Positions 18,694-27,855 of a DNA stretch of 32,000 nucleotides are shown piece by piece. Made by a program: the position numbers and the translations under genes. A model generated the notes under the pieces. The model was not told the DNA's origin. It saw only the letters and a program-made list of their open reading frames with translations, and made no database searches. Origin of the DNA: Dickeya solani IPO 2222 (GTDB taxonomy: Bacteria; Pseudomonadota; Gammaproteobacteria; Enterobacterales; Enterobacteriaceae); contig NZ_CP015137.1 of the NCBI RefSeq assembly GCF_001644705.1, positions 1,440,001 through 1,472,000 on the forward strand. Direction: 5' to 3'. Each line of letters starts with the position of its first letter. Position 1 is the first letter of the stretch.

Positions 18694-19635
18694 ATGACGC
18701 AATCCATCCATCCTTCGCTGTCCCAGAATTCGGCCGATGCGACTGCGACGCCGCTACGCGTGGTGCCGGCCCGTTACCCGCTGCGCATCGCCGGCGCGCT
18801 GTTTTCACTGTTTATTTTCGCCGGCATCGTCGAATCGGTGGCGCTCAACAGCCGCTGGGAATGGCCGGTGTTCGCCAGCTATTTCTTTAATCCGGTGATT
18901 GTGGAAGGGCTGGGGCGCACGCTGTTGCTGACGCTGCTTGGCACCCTGTTCAGCATCATCGCCGGCACCGGGCTGGCGCTGGCACGGCTGTCGTCATCCT
19001 CGTTACTCAGCACGCTGGCCTGGCTGTACATCTGGCTGTTTCGATCGCTGCCGCTGATTCTGGTGCTGATTATCCTCTACAACTTTTCGTACCTGTACGA
19101 CGCGCTGTCGCTGGGCATCCCCTTCACCTCCATCGAGTTTTTCCGCTACCCGACCATTGATGTGCTCGGCCCGTTCGCCGTGGCGGTGCTGGGGCTGACG
19201 CTGGTGCAATCGGCCTACACCGCCGAAATCATCCGCGGCGGTATTCTCGGCGTCGACGCCGGGCAGTTCGAAGCCGCCGCCGCGCTCGGCCTGCCGGGTT
19301 ACCGCCGCACCTGGCGGATTATTCTGCCGCAGGCGTTGCGCTCGATTCTGCCGACCGGTTTCAACGAAATCATCAGCCTGGCCAAGGGCACCTCGGTGGT
19401 GTACGTGCTGGCGCTGCCGGAGCTGTTTTACACCGTGCAGGTGATTTATAACCGCACCCAGCAGGTGATTCCGCTGTTGATGGTCGCCACCGTCTGGTAT
19501 CTGGTGATCACCAGCGTGCTGTCGGTACTACAGTATTTCGTGGAACGCTACGTCGCCCGCGGCGCGGTGCGGGAAACGCCAACGCATCCGCTGCGGCGGC
19601 TATTCCAGCGCCTGACCGCGCGCCGCCGCCGCTGA
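18694..19635 (+). CDS. Amino-acid ABC transporter permease
   Basis: It has multiple TM segments and the EAA loop FEAAAALGLPGYRRTWRIILPQALRSILP. Confidence 0.9.
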   Translation: MTQSIHPSLSQNSADATATPLRVVPARYPLRIAGALFSLFIFAGIVESVALNSRWEWPVFASYFFNPVIVEGLGRTLLLTLLGTLFSIIAGTGLALARLSSSSLLSTLAWLYIWLFRSLPLILVLIILYNFSYLYDALSLGIPFTSIEFFRYPTIDVLGPFAVAVLGLTLVQSAYTAEIIRGGILGVDAGQFEAAAALGLPGYRRTWRIILPQALRSILPTGFNEIISLAKGTSVVYVLALPELFYTVQVIYNRTQQVIPLLMVATVWYLVITSVLSVLQYFVERYVARGAVRETPTHPLRRLFQRLTARRRR

Positions 19636-19653
19636 TTTTCAGGGAGAAGCAAC

Positions 19654-20472
19654 ATGTCTGAAGCCATTGATCTCTATTCCATCCCGCGTACCGCGCCCCG
19701 CGCCGTGGCCGAAAAGGGCCGGATCGACATTCAGGGGGTGGGCAAGTGGTTCGGCGCGCACCGGGCGCTGGATAACATCAACCTGACGCTGCCGCCCGGC
19801 TCGGTCACGGTGATTATCGGGCCGTCCGGCTCCGGCAAATCCACCCTGCTGCGCGCCATCAACCATCTGGAACGGGTGGACGAAGGCACCATCCGCATCG
19901 ACGACGACTACATCGGCTACCGCCGCGAAGGCGATACGCTGTACGAACTGAAAGAACGGGAGATTCTGCGCCAGCGCCTCGGCGTCGGCTACGTATTCCA
20001 GAACTTCAACTTGTTCCCGCACCTGACGGTGCTGGAGAACATCATCGAAGCGCCGCGGGTGCACCGATTGTACCGCCGCGCGCAGGCGCAGAGCGTGGCG
20101 CTGGCGCTGCTGGACAGGGTCGGGTTACGTCATAAAGCAAATGCTTACCCGCGCCACCTGTCCGGCGGGCAGCAACAACGCATCGCCATCGCCCGCGCGC
20201 TGGCGCTCAACCCCAACGTAATGCTGTTTGACGAACCGACCTCGGCGCTGGACCCGGAACTGGTGGGCGAGGTGCTGGACGTGATCAAAGATCTGGCGCG
20301 ATCCGGCGTGACGATGGTGATCGTTACCCATGAGATCGGTTTCGCGCGCGAAGTGGCGGATCGGGTGGTGTTTATGGTGGACGGCAGAATCGTGGAAAGC
20401 GGCGACGCGCAGCAGGTGCTGAACCATCCAGCCCATCCGCGCACCGCCAGCTTTTTAAACAAGGTACTCTAA
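19654..20472 (+). CDS. Amino-acid ABC transporter ATP-binding protein
   Basis: Walker [10 protein letters not shown], signature [15 protein letters not shown], Walker [12 protein letters not shown], and H-loop VTHE. Confidence 0.93.
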   Translation: MSEAIDLYSIPRTAPRAVAEKGRIDIQGVGKWFGAHRALDNINLTLPPGSVTVIIGPSGSGKSTLLRAINHLERVDEGTIRIDDDYIGYRREGDTLYELKEREILRQRLGVGYVFQNFNLFPHLTVLENIIEAPRVHRLYRRAQAQSVALALLDRVGLRHKANAYPRHLSGGQQQRIAIARALALNPNVMLFDEPTSALDPELVGEVLDVIKDLARSGVTMVIVTHEIGFAREVADRVVFMVDGRIVESGDAQQVLNHPAHPRTASFLNKVL

Positions 20473-20477
20473 GCTGG

Positions 20478-20530
20478 GTCCCAATAGGTTAGGTCTCAAT
20501 AGATTGTGTCACTATAGATTAGATCCCAAT
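20478..20530. repeat. About 3.5 phased 15-bp degenerate repeats (GTCnCwATAGrTTr)
   Basis: gtcccaataggttag / gtctcaatagattgt / gtcactatagattag / atcccaat, read directly. Confidence 0.6.
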
Positions 20531-20531
20531 T

Positions 20532-20549
20532 CCCCGGCTGACGCCGGGG
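20532..20549. terminator. GC hairpin ccccggc-tgac-gccgggg between convergent genes
   Basis: A 7-bp GC stem read directly. There is no good U tail on either strand. Confidence 0.4.
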
Positions 20550-20557
20550 AGAGCGGA

Positions 20558-21568
20558 TTACTTCAGTCGTTCACGCAGTTCGGTGGATGCCTGCAACAGC
20601 GCGGCGCGGGTGGCTGGTACACCGCTCAGTGCATTCAGCAGACCAAAGTCATGGATCATGCCGTTATAGCGCGTGACGGTGACATCCACCCCGGCGGCGT
20701 CCAGCTTACGGCCGTAGGCTTCGCCCTCGTCGCGCAGCACGTCCAGTTCGGCGGTTTGAATCAGCGCCGGCGGCAAGCCGGTCAGCTGTTCGCGGGTCGC
20801 CTGCAGCGGCGAGGCCAGAATATCGCGGCGCTGCTTGCCATCAGTGGTGTAGGCATCCCAGAACCATTTCATCATGTTGCGGCTCAGGAAATAACCATTC
20901 TGAAACTGCTGGTAAGACGCGGTGTTGAAGTTGGCGTCGGTCACCGGCCAGAACATTACCTGATAGCGAATACGCGGTGTACCGGCCTGTTTAGCCTGCT
21001 GCGCCACCGCCGCCACCATGTTGCCGCCCACGCTGTTACCCGCCAGCGCCAGTCGTGAACCGTCCACGCCGATGTCTTTGCCGTGTTCCGCCACCCAGCG
21101 GGTCGCGGCATACGCCTGGCGGATCGCCACCGGGTAATGCACTTCCGGCGACGGCGAGTAATCGACGAACACCGCCGCCGCGCCGGACTGCACCACCAGA
21201 TCTCGCACGAAGCGCTCATGCGTCTGGTAATCCCCCAGAATCCAGCCGCCGCCGTGGAAGAACATGAACACCGGCAGAGTCCCGGTGCTGCCCGCCGGTT
21301 TGACGATGGTCAGCGGAATACGCTGGCCGTCGACGGTAATGGTTTTATGGGTGACGTCGGCTGCCGGCAGCGTCGCGCCCGCCTGCGCCGCCACCAGCAC
21401 TTCACGTGCTTCGGCCGGCGACAACTGTTCGATCGGCTTACCGCCGCCCGCGTTCAGTTTGTCCAAAAACGCCTGCACATGACGTTCGGCATACGGCGTG
21501 TTGTTATCCGCAGCCACAGCGTTACCCGTTACGGCGGCCAGCAAGGCCGCGACAAGACATTTTTTCAT
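20558..21568 (-). CDS. Exported alpha/beta-hydrolase, hormone-sensitive-lipase family (family IV) esterase
   Basis: It has the signal peptide MKKCLVAALLAAVTGNAVA, the oxyanion motif HGGGW, the nucleophile elbow GNSVGG, and Asp/His in ELDVLRDEG and MIHDF. The tracked start at 21649 runs into the ERIC repeat, so I use ATG 21568. Confidence 0.85.
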   Translation of the reverse strand: MKKCLVAALLAAVTGNAVAADNNTPYAERHVQAFLDKLNAGGGKPIEQLSPAEAREVLVAAQAGATLPAADVTHKTITVDGQRIPLTIVKPAGSTGTLPVFMFFHGGGWILGDYQTHERFVRDLVVQSGAAAVFVDYSPSPEVHYPVAIRQAYAATRWVAEHGKDIGVDGSRLALAGNSVGGNMVAAVAQQAKQAGTPRIRYQVMFWPVTDANFNTASYQQFQNGYFLSRNMMKWFWDAYTTDGKQRRDILASPLQATREQLTGLPPALIQTAELDVLRDEGEAYGRKLDAAGVDVTVTRYNGMIHDFGLLNALSGVPATRAALLQASTELRERLK

Positions 21569-21591
21569 GATGAATGACCCTGGTGTTAAGT

Positions 21592-21787
21592 TATACCCGT
21601 CATACTTCAAGTTGCAGGTGTGTTGGCTGCGCTCGTTCACCCGAATCACTTACCTGAGTAAGCTCATCGGGACTCACTCTCTTGCCGCGTTACAAGGCTC
21701 TTAATGAGCCTTGCCCTGGCGGGCCAACGCGTTGCGTTGTTCAACACGCGAGCGTGTTGTCCTGCAACTCGAATTATTTAGGGTATA
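21592..21787. repeat. ERIC (enterobacterial repetitive intergenic consensus) element, long form with a roughly 70-bp internal insertion (about 21690-21759)
   Basis: The ends tatacccgtcatacttcaagttgcagg and cctgcaactcgaattatttagggtata are inverted repeats. The core ...ttcacccgaatcacttacctgagtaagctcatcgggactcactc... matches the ERIC consensus in reverse orientation. Confidence 0.8.
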
Positions 21788-21830
21788 AAAGATAGAATTT
21801 TCAAAAAATTACACTCACTTCTTATCTGAC

Positions 21831-22259
21831 TCAGATGACGGTCAGTTTTACGTCGATGTTGCCGCGTGTCGCGTTGGAGTAAGGGCAGACGATATGCGCT
21901 TTCTGTACCAGCTCTTCCGCTACCGCACGCTCCAGACCCGGCAGCGAGATGCTCAGTTCGACTTCGATGCCGAAGCCGTTCGGAATCGCGCCGATCCCTA
22001 CGCTGCCGTTGATGGTGGTCGCCGCCGGGATCGACACTTTGTCGCGTGCGCCGACAAACTTCAGCGCCCCCAGGAAGCAGGCGGAGTAACCGGCCGCAAA
22101 CAGCTGCTCCGGGTTGGTGCCTTCACCGCCGGCGCCGCCCAGCTCACGCGGAGTGGTCAGTTTGACATCCAGCTGTTGGTCGGAAGAGACCGCCCGACCA
22201 TCACGGCCGCCGGTAGCCTGGGCATGTGCAACGTAGAGAACTTTTTCAATAGACATCAT
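21831..22259 (-). CDS. ohr: Organic hydroperoxide resistance protein Ohr
   Basis: It belongs to the OsmC/Ohr family, with the two catalytic Cys contexts [11 protein letters not shown] and [14 protein letters not shown]. Confidence 0.92.
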   Translation of the reverse strand: MMSIEKVLYVAHAQATGGRDGRAVSSDQQLDVKLTTPRELGGAGGEGTNPEQLFAAGYSACFLGALKFVGARDKVSIPAATTINGSVGIGAIPNGFGIEVELSISLPGLERAVAEELVQKAHIVCPYSNATRGNIDVKLTVI

Positions 22260-22301
22260 GTGACTCCTTTGAGTGGATGAGATTGGTGATTTACATCGTT
22301 A

Positions 22302-22314
22302 AAAATTAAATCGC
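22302..22314 (-). promoter_or_regulatory. Candidate OhrR operator half upstream of ohr (aaaattaaatcgc)
   Basis: 12/13 identical to the motif at 22885-22897 upstream of ohrR. It is AT-rich, as known OhrR boxes are. Confidence 0.4.
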
Positions 22315-22377
22315 ACACTACTTAATTGGTGATAAAAAAACGCGGCCGGCAAGCACGCGTTACATCATATCGACTCA

Positions 22378-22863
22378 TCAAATATGTCTGATGAGGCTGG
22401 CGCGCAGCGTTTCCAAATCGTGCTTGATGGCGCGTAACTGCTCGATATTACATTCTGACGCGCAGAACACGCCTTCCGGCACCGCCTGTGCTTTATTTTG
22501 CAGATCACGCCCGTCATCGGTCAGCTCAATCAGCACCTGTCGTTCATCTTCGGTGCCGCGACGGCGCGTTACCAGCCCCGCGGTTTGCAGGCGCTTGAGC
22601 AGCGGCGTCAGGGTGGCGGAATCCAGAAACAGGCGCTCACCGAGTTCAGATACCGTTATCCCGTCGCGTTCCCACAGCACCAGCATCACCAGATACTGGG
22701 GGTAAGTGAGATTCAGCTCGGTCAGCAAACGGCGGTACAGCTTGTTCATCGCCAGATTCGCCGAGTAGAGCGCGAAACAGAGCTGACCATCCAGTCGGAA
22801 GGCGTCATCGCTCAATGTTGGTTTGGTGAATGTCGGTTTGGTGTCGGTATCATTTCTGTTCAT
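22378..22863 (-). CDS. ohrR: MarR-family organic-peroxide sensor/repressor OhrR
   Basis: It has the sensing Cys in [11 protein letters not shown], the winged helix [14 protein letters not shown]...[24 protein letters not shown], and additional C-terminal cysteines (VFCASEC) suggesting the 2-Cys type. ATG 22863 is preferred over the tracked 22950. Confidence 0.88.
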   Translation of the reverse strand: MNRNDTDTKPTFTKPTLSDDAFRLDGQLCFALYSANLAMNKLYRRLLTELNLTYPQYLVMLVLWERDGITVSELGERLFLDSATLTPLLKRLQTAGLVTRRRGTEDERQVLIELTDDGRDLQNKAQAVPEGVFCASECNIEQLRAIKHDLETLRASLIRHI

Positions 22864-22884
22864 GGAAGATACTCTAGATCGCTC

Positions 22885-22897
22885 AAAATTAAATAGC
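22885..22897 (-). promoter_or_regulatory. Candidate OhrR operator upstream of ohrR (aaaattaaatagc), embedded in ATCGCT-N15-AGCGAT (22878-22904)
   Basis: A shared motif plus a 6-bp inverted repeat, both read directly. Confidence 0.4.
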
Positions 22898-22961
22898 AAG
22901 CGATTTAGATTAAAAAATACCGGCCACTCGAAAGTAAAAAGCCAATGCATTGATAATCAAT

Positions 22962-22991
22962 AAAAACCGGCGGATAGCACCGCCGGTTTTT
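22962..22991. terminator. Bidirectional rho-independent terminator (aaaaa-ccggcgg-atagca-ccgccgg-ttttt)
   Basis: A 7-bp GC stem flanked by A5 and T5. It lies 25 nt downstream of the abgT stop on the minus strand. Confidence 0.8.
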
Positions 22992-23015
22992 CATCAACGC
23001 CATGCAATACGACGA

Positions 23016-24539
23016 TTATAAATGCGGATAAACCCCCGGCCCGATCGGCAACCCCAGCAGATACCACACCACCAACAGCGCCAGCCAGACGGTAAAAAAC
23101 ACCAGCGGATACGGCAGCACCAGCGAGTAATAGGTACCCAGCCGCGCTTCTTTGTTATAGCGCTGCAGGAACCCGAGGAATAACGGAATGAACGGCGACA
23201 CCGGCGCCAGCGGGATCACCGACGAATCCGCCACCCGGAACACGATCTGGGCAAACGCCGGATGAAAACCCAGCAACATGAACATCGGTACGAAAATCGG
23301 CGCCAGAATCGACCAGATGGCCGAGCCGCTGGCAATGAACATGCACAGGAACGCCGACAGGAAGATCAGCCCGACAAACGCCGGTATCCCGGTCATCCCC
23401 AGTGATTCCAGCAAGTCGGTCAGCCCAATGGCGATGAACTTGCCCATGTTGCTCCAGTTAAAGAACGCCACGAATTGCGACAACGGAAACACCATCACGA
23501 TGAAACCGGCCATGCCCTTCATCGGGTCCACCATCAGCTGCGGCAGGTCGTTCTGAGATTTGATTTGGCCGGTGACCATGCCGTAAGGAATCGATACCAC
23601 GAAGAAAAATAGAATGATCAGCGGCACGATGCCCTGAATGAACGGCGACGGCATCACGGTATGTTTGACCGGATCGCGCAGCGGCCCCCACTCCGGCACC
23701 ACCAGCAGCGCGACGAGAGCGATGAACGCCAGCGCGGCGATACCGCTGGCGCGCAGGCCGCGGTTCTGTTCCGGCGTCAGCCGGGACAGATTCTCGTGAC
23801 GTTCGCCCTGATAAGGCGGCAGGCGCGGCTCGATGAATTTGTCCGTCAGCAGCGCCCCGGTAACGGTCAACACCACCACCGACGCCGCCATGAAAAACCA
23901 GTTATCAATCACGCTAACATGCACCGCCGGATTGATGACCTTGGCCGATTCGGTGCTCAACCCAGACAACAACACATCGGTGGTGACGATCAGCAGGTTG
24001 GCGGTAAAACCGGAGCCGACGCCGGCGATCGCCGCCAGCAGGCCAGCAACCGGATGGCGGCCGACCGCCAAAAAAATCAGCGCGCCCAGCGGCGGCATCA
24101 CCACCAGCGCGGCATCCGACGAGATATGGCTGAAAAAAGCGATAAACAGCACCATATAGCTGGCGTAGCGGGCGCTGACGCGCGAAGCCATTTTGTACAT
24201 CAGCGTTTGCAGCAGGCCGACGCGCTCCGCCAGCCCGGCCCCCAGCACCAGCGCCAGAATGGCGCCCAGCGGGGTAAATCCACTGAAATTCTTGATGACG
24301 TTGGGCAAAATCCATTGCAACCCTTCCACGCTGAGCAGGTTTTTCACCCGCACCACTTCACCGTTGGCCGGGTTGGTGGCGGTAATGCCAAACCAGGAAA
24401 ACAGCGCGCTGGCCGCCATCAACGCGGCGATCAGGTATACAAACAACAGAAACGGATTGGGGATTTTGTTCCCTATCCGTTCTACCCACTGAAATAGCCC
24501 GCCCGGCTGCGGCTGGCTGCTTTCCGCTGTCACACTCAT
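23016..24539 (-). CDS. abgT: AbgT-family transporter (p-aminobenzoyl-glutamate transporter type)
   Basis: A 507-aa polytopic protein. The N-terminus ...FQWVERIGNKIPNPFLLFVYL is characteristic of AbgT/MtrF, and it is syntenic with abgAB-abgR. Confidence 0.85.
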   Translation of the reverse strand: MSVTAESSQPQPGGLFQWVERIGNKIPNPFLLFVYLIAALMAASALFSWFGITATNPANGEVVRVKNLLSVEGLQWILPNVIKNFSGFTPLGAILALVLGAGLAERVGLLQTLMYKMASRVSARYASYMVLFIAFFSHISSDAALVVMPPLGALIFLAVGRHPVAGLLAAIAGVGSGFTANLLIVTTDVLLSGLSTESAKVINPAVHVSVIDNWFFMAASVVVLTVTGALLTDKFIEPRLPPYQGERHENLSRLTPEQNRGLRASGIAALAFIALVALLVVPEWGPLRDPVKHTVMPSPFIQGIVPLIILFFFVVSIPYGMVTGQIKSQNDLPQLMVDPMKGMAGFIVMVFPLSQFVAFFNWSNMGKFIAIGLTDLLESLGMTGIPAFVGLIFLSAFLCMFIASGSAIWSILAPIFVPMFMLLGFHPAFAQIVFRVADSSVIPLAPVSPFIPLFLGFLQRYNKEARLGTYYSLVLPYPLVFFTVWLALLVVWYLLGLPIGPGVYPHL

Positions 24540-24777
24540 GGTTTTCCCCTCTGTACTGAATTTTTATGTGGTTGTTTTGTTGTGATTTATGTTGTTGTGA
24601 TTCGTGTTATCGCCTTTCGGGCGACGGTGCGATTTGTTGTTTTATTACTGGCAAACTTATGTCAGAACAGTGGAAAATTTCGTGCGTGATAGCATCGGCT
24701 GTCCCTTTGCAACCTTATCGCACGCCCGACAAGGAGAGGCTCAAACGCCGCCTCTCCTTGACCACTGGCTGGGGGCT

Positions 24778-24913
24778 AAACTGTGCCGCTTCGCGGTCCC
24801 TTCGGCGTTCGCCTTCGCTGTTCGGGCCGCCCGTGACGCGTTCCATACGCGACACGGGCTTTCGCCGCATCCATGCGGCTCACCCGGCGAAGTCGCTCGC
24901 CTCTGCACAGTTT
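24778..24913. repeat. 136-bp GC-rich element bounded by a 9-bp inverted repeat (aaactgtgc ... gcacagttt) with nested hairpins
   Basis: The outer inverted repeat was read directly. The inner hairpin is cccgtg-a-cgcgt/tccat/acgcg-a-cacggg at 24830-24858, and ccgcat..atgcgg follows nearby. Confidence 0.55.
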
Positions 24914-25075
24914 TTGACGCCGGAAAGACCGTCACCTTGTGCTTAGGACGTTGTCAGCAATATCTCCCTTTCTCCCATCCGTTTTTCGGCACATCCGGCT
25001 CGGTTTCGTGTTGCGGGAACGACGCAACGAAGAGCAAGCCATTGCCGGATAAGCAATCGACAAAAACCGGTTAGA

Positions 25076-26527
25076 TCAATGCGCTAAGGGTGATGGCTGG
25101 ATACCGGCCGGGATCGGGCAGTGGTACGGCGTCTCCTGCCGCTGCTGACGCCACTCCTGCCGACAGGCCTGCAACAACCCACTATCGGTAAACAGCGCCA
25201 GCGCGGTAGCCGACATCACTTTCGCCGCCAGCAGCATGCCCTTGTGCGCCAACGAGGTACGCCCCTGCGCCACCGCCTGCCAGGTATGCAGCGGCGTGCC
25301 GAGCGCGTAGCAAGGGCTGAAACACTGGGCGGTCGGCACCAGCCAGCTGACATCCCCGACGTCGGTGGAGCCGGAAAGCAACGCGTCGGTCGGCGCATAG
25401 GGTGCGACCTGCGAGGTCAGCGCATGGCCTTTCAGCGAGCGGCTGAACGCCTGACCGGCCACGCCGCCGGTGCGGGCTATGCTCGAAAAATTGCTGGCGA
25501 TGTCCTCGGCACTCAGCGTCCGGACGATGTCGGCGGCGTAGTCCTGCTCCTGCGCGCTGTACGCCGGCACGCCAAACGCCTGCACGAAGCCGTACATCGC
25601 CTGTTCCAGCGTCCGGTTGGGCACATAGTTGGAACAGGCCTTGTCAAAGCGCACCGTCAGGGTGGTGTCGGTCATCAGCGCCGCGCCCCGGGCGATATTC
25701 ACCACCCGCTCATAGATGGCCTGCGCCTGATCGATCTGCGGCGCGCGCACCAGATACAGCACTTCGGCGTCCGCCTGCACCACGTTGGGTGAATGGCCGC
25801 CGGTGTCGGTCACGGCGTAATGCAGCCGGGCTTCGGGAATGATGTGCTCGCGCAGGAAATTGGCGCCGGTGTTCATCAGCGTCACCGCGTCCAGAGCGCT
25901 GCGTCCCAGATGCGGTGCGGCCGCCGCGTGCGACGCCACGCCCTTGAAACGGAACGCGGCCTGAATATTGGCCAGCGTTGGGGTGCAGAACATGCCGCTG
26001 AAGGTTTCCGGGTGCCAGGTCAGCGCCGCGTCCACGTCATCGAACACGCCTTCACGCGCCATAAAGGTTTTGCCGGAGCCGCCCTCTTCCCCCGGGCAGC
26101 CATAAAAACGGACGGTGCCGGCTTGCGGGTGTTGTTCCAGCCAGGCTTTGATCGCCAGCACCCCGCCCAGCCCGGCGGTGCCGAGCAGGTTGTGACCGCA
26201 GCCATGACCATTGCCGCCCGCCGCCAGCGGCGCCGGCGCGGCGCAACCGGCCTGCTGGCTCAACCCGGCCAGCGCGTCGAACTCGCCCAGCAGCGCCACC
26301 ACCGGCTTACCGCGGCCAAAGCTGGCGACAAACGCGGTGTCGATACCGGCGATGCCGCGCTGCACGCTAAAGCCTTCCGCTTCCAGCACGCTGGCCAGCC
26401 GTTCGGCCGAGTAATGCTCGGTAAAACGGGTTTCCGGGTGATCCCAAATATCATCTGCGATGGCGGCCAGCTGTTGCGCGCGGGCGGCCAGCGCGTCGTT
26501 AACCAATCCGACGATCGCCTGGGTCAT
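25076..26527 (-). CDS. abgB: M20-family amidohydrolase, p-aminobenzoyl-glutamate hydrolase subunit B
   Basis: It is colinear over its full length with my recollection of E. coli AbgB ([10 protein letters not shown]..., [27 protein letters not shown], ...YHCPIP...PSPL). Confidence 0.88.
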   Translation of the reverse strand: MTQAIVGLVNDALAARAQQLAAIADDIWDHPETRFTEHYSAERLASVLEAEGFSVQRGIAGIDTAFVASFGRGKPVVALLGEFDALAGLSQQAGCAAPAPLAAGGNGHGCGHNLLGTAGLGGVLAIKAWLEQHPQAGTVRFYGCPGEEGGSGKTFMAREGVFDDVDAALTWHPETFSGMFCTPTLANIQAAFRFKGVASHAAAAPHLGRSALDAVTLMNTGANFLREHIIPEARLHYAVTDTGGHSPNVVQADAEVLYLVRAPQIDQAQAIYERVVNIARGAALMTDTTLTVRFDKACSNYVPNRTLEQAMYGFVQAFGVPAYSAQEQDYAADIVRTLSAEDIASNFSSIARTGGVAGQAFSRSLKGHALTSQVAPYAPTDALLSGSTDVGDVSWLVPTAQCFSPCYALGTPLHTWQAVAQGRTSLAHKGMLLAAKVMSATALALFTDSGLLQACRQEWRQQRQETPYHCPIPAGIQPSPLAH

Positions 26528-27855
26528 TGCGCCTCCCCAAACTCGCGGATATTGAGCGCCAGCAGCGCCAGCGTTTTCACCGCCACCGCCATCACGCTTT
26601 CGTCAAAATCGAACTTCTCGTTGTGATGCCCGGCGCTGAGCTCGGTGCCGAACACCGCGTAAGACGCCAGACCGCCGTGCGCCTTCACCCGTTCCATCAG
26701 GTAGGTGGCGTCTTCAGAGCCGGCCGCGCCGTCTTTGCGGTCGATAATGTGGCTCAGTTCGCCGACCCGCCCGGCCTGACGGCGAATAAACGCCACCCAC
26801 GCCGGACTGGGCTGGCTGCACTGCGCCGCGCCCATCAACGCGACATCCACCTCGACGCCGTGCATAACGGCCGCGCCGTCGATCACCTTCAGCGCCTGCT
26901 GATAGATAAACTCGTTGACCTCGTTGGTGGCGCCGCGGGTTTCCACTTTCATCATGGCGTGCGACGGCACCACGTTGCGCCCGGTACCGGCCTGCAACAC
27001 GCCGACGTTGAGACGCGAGCTGCCGCCGCTGTGACGTGGAATGGCATGCAGCCCCAGCGTGGCCTGCGCCGCCGCCAGCAGAGCGTTGCGGCCCTCTTCC
27101 GGCCGGCCGCCGGCATGAGACGCCACGCCGCGGTAGGTAACGTCCAGCTTGGTGGTCGCCATGAACGTGTCGTTGCCGCACACCAGATGCCCGTTCGGAA
27201 TACCGGTGCCGATATGAATGGCGGTGAAATAGTCCACGTCATCCACCACGCCCGCTTCCGCCATCGATTTGCCGCCGCGGGTGCCCTCTTCCGCCGGCTG
27301 GAACAGAATCTTGATGGTGCCGCACAGTTGATCGCGCATCGCCATCAATACCTGCGCCAGCCCCAGCCCAATGGTGGTATGGCCGTCATGGCCGCAGGCA
27401 TGCATCATGCCGGCATTGCAGGAGGCAAACCCGTCGCGGAACGGGCGATGATCGTCCGCCAGCTGTTCGTTAAGATCGAGCGCGTCCATATCGACGCGAT
27501 AACCGATGACCGGGCCGGGGCGACCGGTGTCCAGCGTCGCCACGATGCCGGTAAAACCACCGGAGAAATAGGGCAGCCACTGCGCCAGCGCGCCCTGCGC
27601 CAGCGCCCGCTGTTCCTGCGCCTGCAATACTTCGTCCGGCGGCAGCCCCATGCGAGCGTCGGCGTTGATCACCTCCCGTCCGAGCTTAAGCGGGTACCCC
27701 AACTGGTGCAGCGCCTCGGCGACCCGTGTGGCGGTCCGAAACTCCAGCCAGCCGGATTCCGCATATTTATGCAAATCGCGGCGCGTTTCCCGCAGCCACG
27801 GAATGAGTTTTTCCACGCGTTGTGACAAATCGGAATAAAGAACGTCTGGGTGCAT
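26524..27855 (-). CDS. abgA: M20D-family amidohydrolase, p-aminobenzoyl-glutamate hydrolase subunit A
   Basis: It contains [10 protein letters not shown] and [14 protein letters not shown], the metal-binding motifs of M20D enzymes. The stop overlaps the abgB start (ATGA). Confidence 0.85.
   Translation of the reverse strand: MHPDVLYSDLSQRVEKLIPWLRETRRDLHKYAESGWLEFRTATRVAEALHQLGYPLKLGREVINADARMGLPPDEVLQAQEQRALAQGALAQWLPYFSGGFTGIVATLDTGRPGPVIGYRVDMDALDLNEQLADDHRPFRDGFASCNAGMMHACGHDGHTTIGLGLAQVLMAMRDQLCGTIKILFQPAEEGTRGGKSMAEAGVVDDVDYFTAIHIGTGIPNGHLVCGNDTFMATTKLDVTYRGVASHAGGRPEEGRNALLAAAQATLGLHAIPRHSGGSSRLNVGVLQAGTGRNVVPSHAMMKVETRGATNEVNEFIYQQALKVIDGAAVMHGVEVDVALMGAAQCSQPSPAWVAFIRRQAGRVGELSHIIDRKDGAAGSEDATYLMERVKAHGGLASYAVFGTELSAGHHNEKFDFDESVMAVAVKTLALLALNIREFGEAQ

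Noticed and set aside
20478-20530. Short phased repeats as a possible CRISPR array. This covers 20478-20530, 28924-28987 and 14475-14506.
   Set aside because: The units are 15-16 bp and directly abutting with no spacers. There are only 2-4 copies and no cas genes, so these are not CRISPR.
24566-25074. ORFs in the abgB-abgT spacer: 126 aa and 156 aa on the plus strand, 64 aa on the minus strand.
   Set aside because: They have no RBS, and their translations are Cys/Arg/Ser/Pro-rich and low in complexity. They overlap each other and the hairpin-rich repeat, so the region is better explained as structured non-coding DNA.
25076-27855. AbgA/AbgB as the missing deacetylase of the cysteine-free GNAT/monooxygenase locus. 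YxeP/SndA-type deacetylases are also M20 enzymes.
   Set aside because: They are 4.6 kb away across unrelated genes, on the opposite strand, in a canonical abgR-abgAB-abgT arrangement. They have normal Cys content (9 in AbgB), so they do not share the sulfur-economy signature. I kept this only as a remote possibility.
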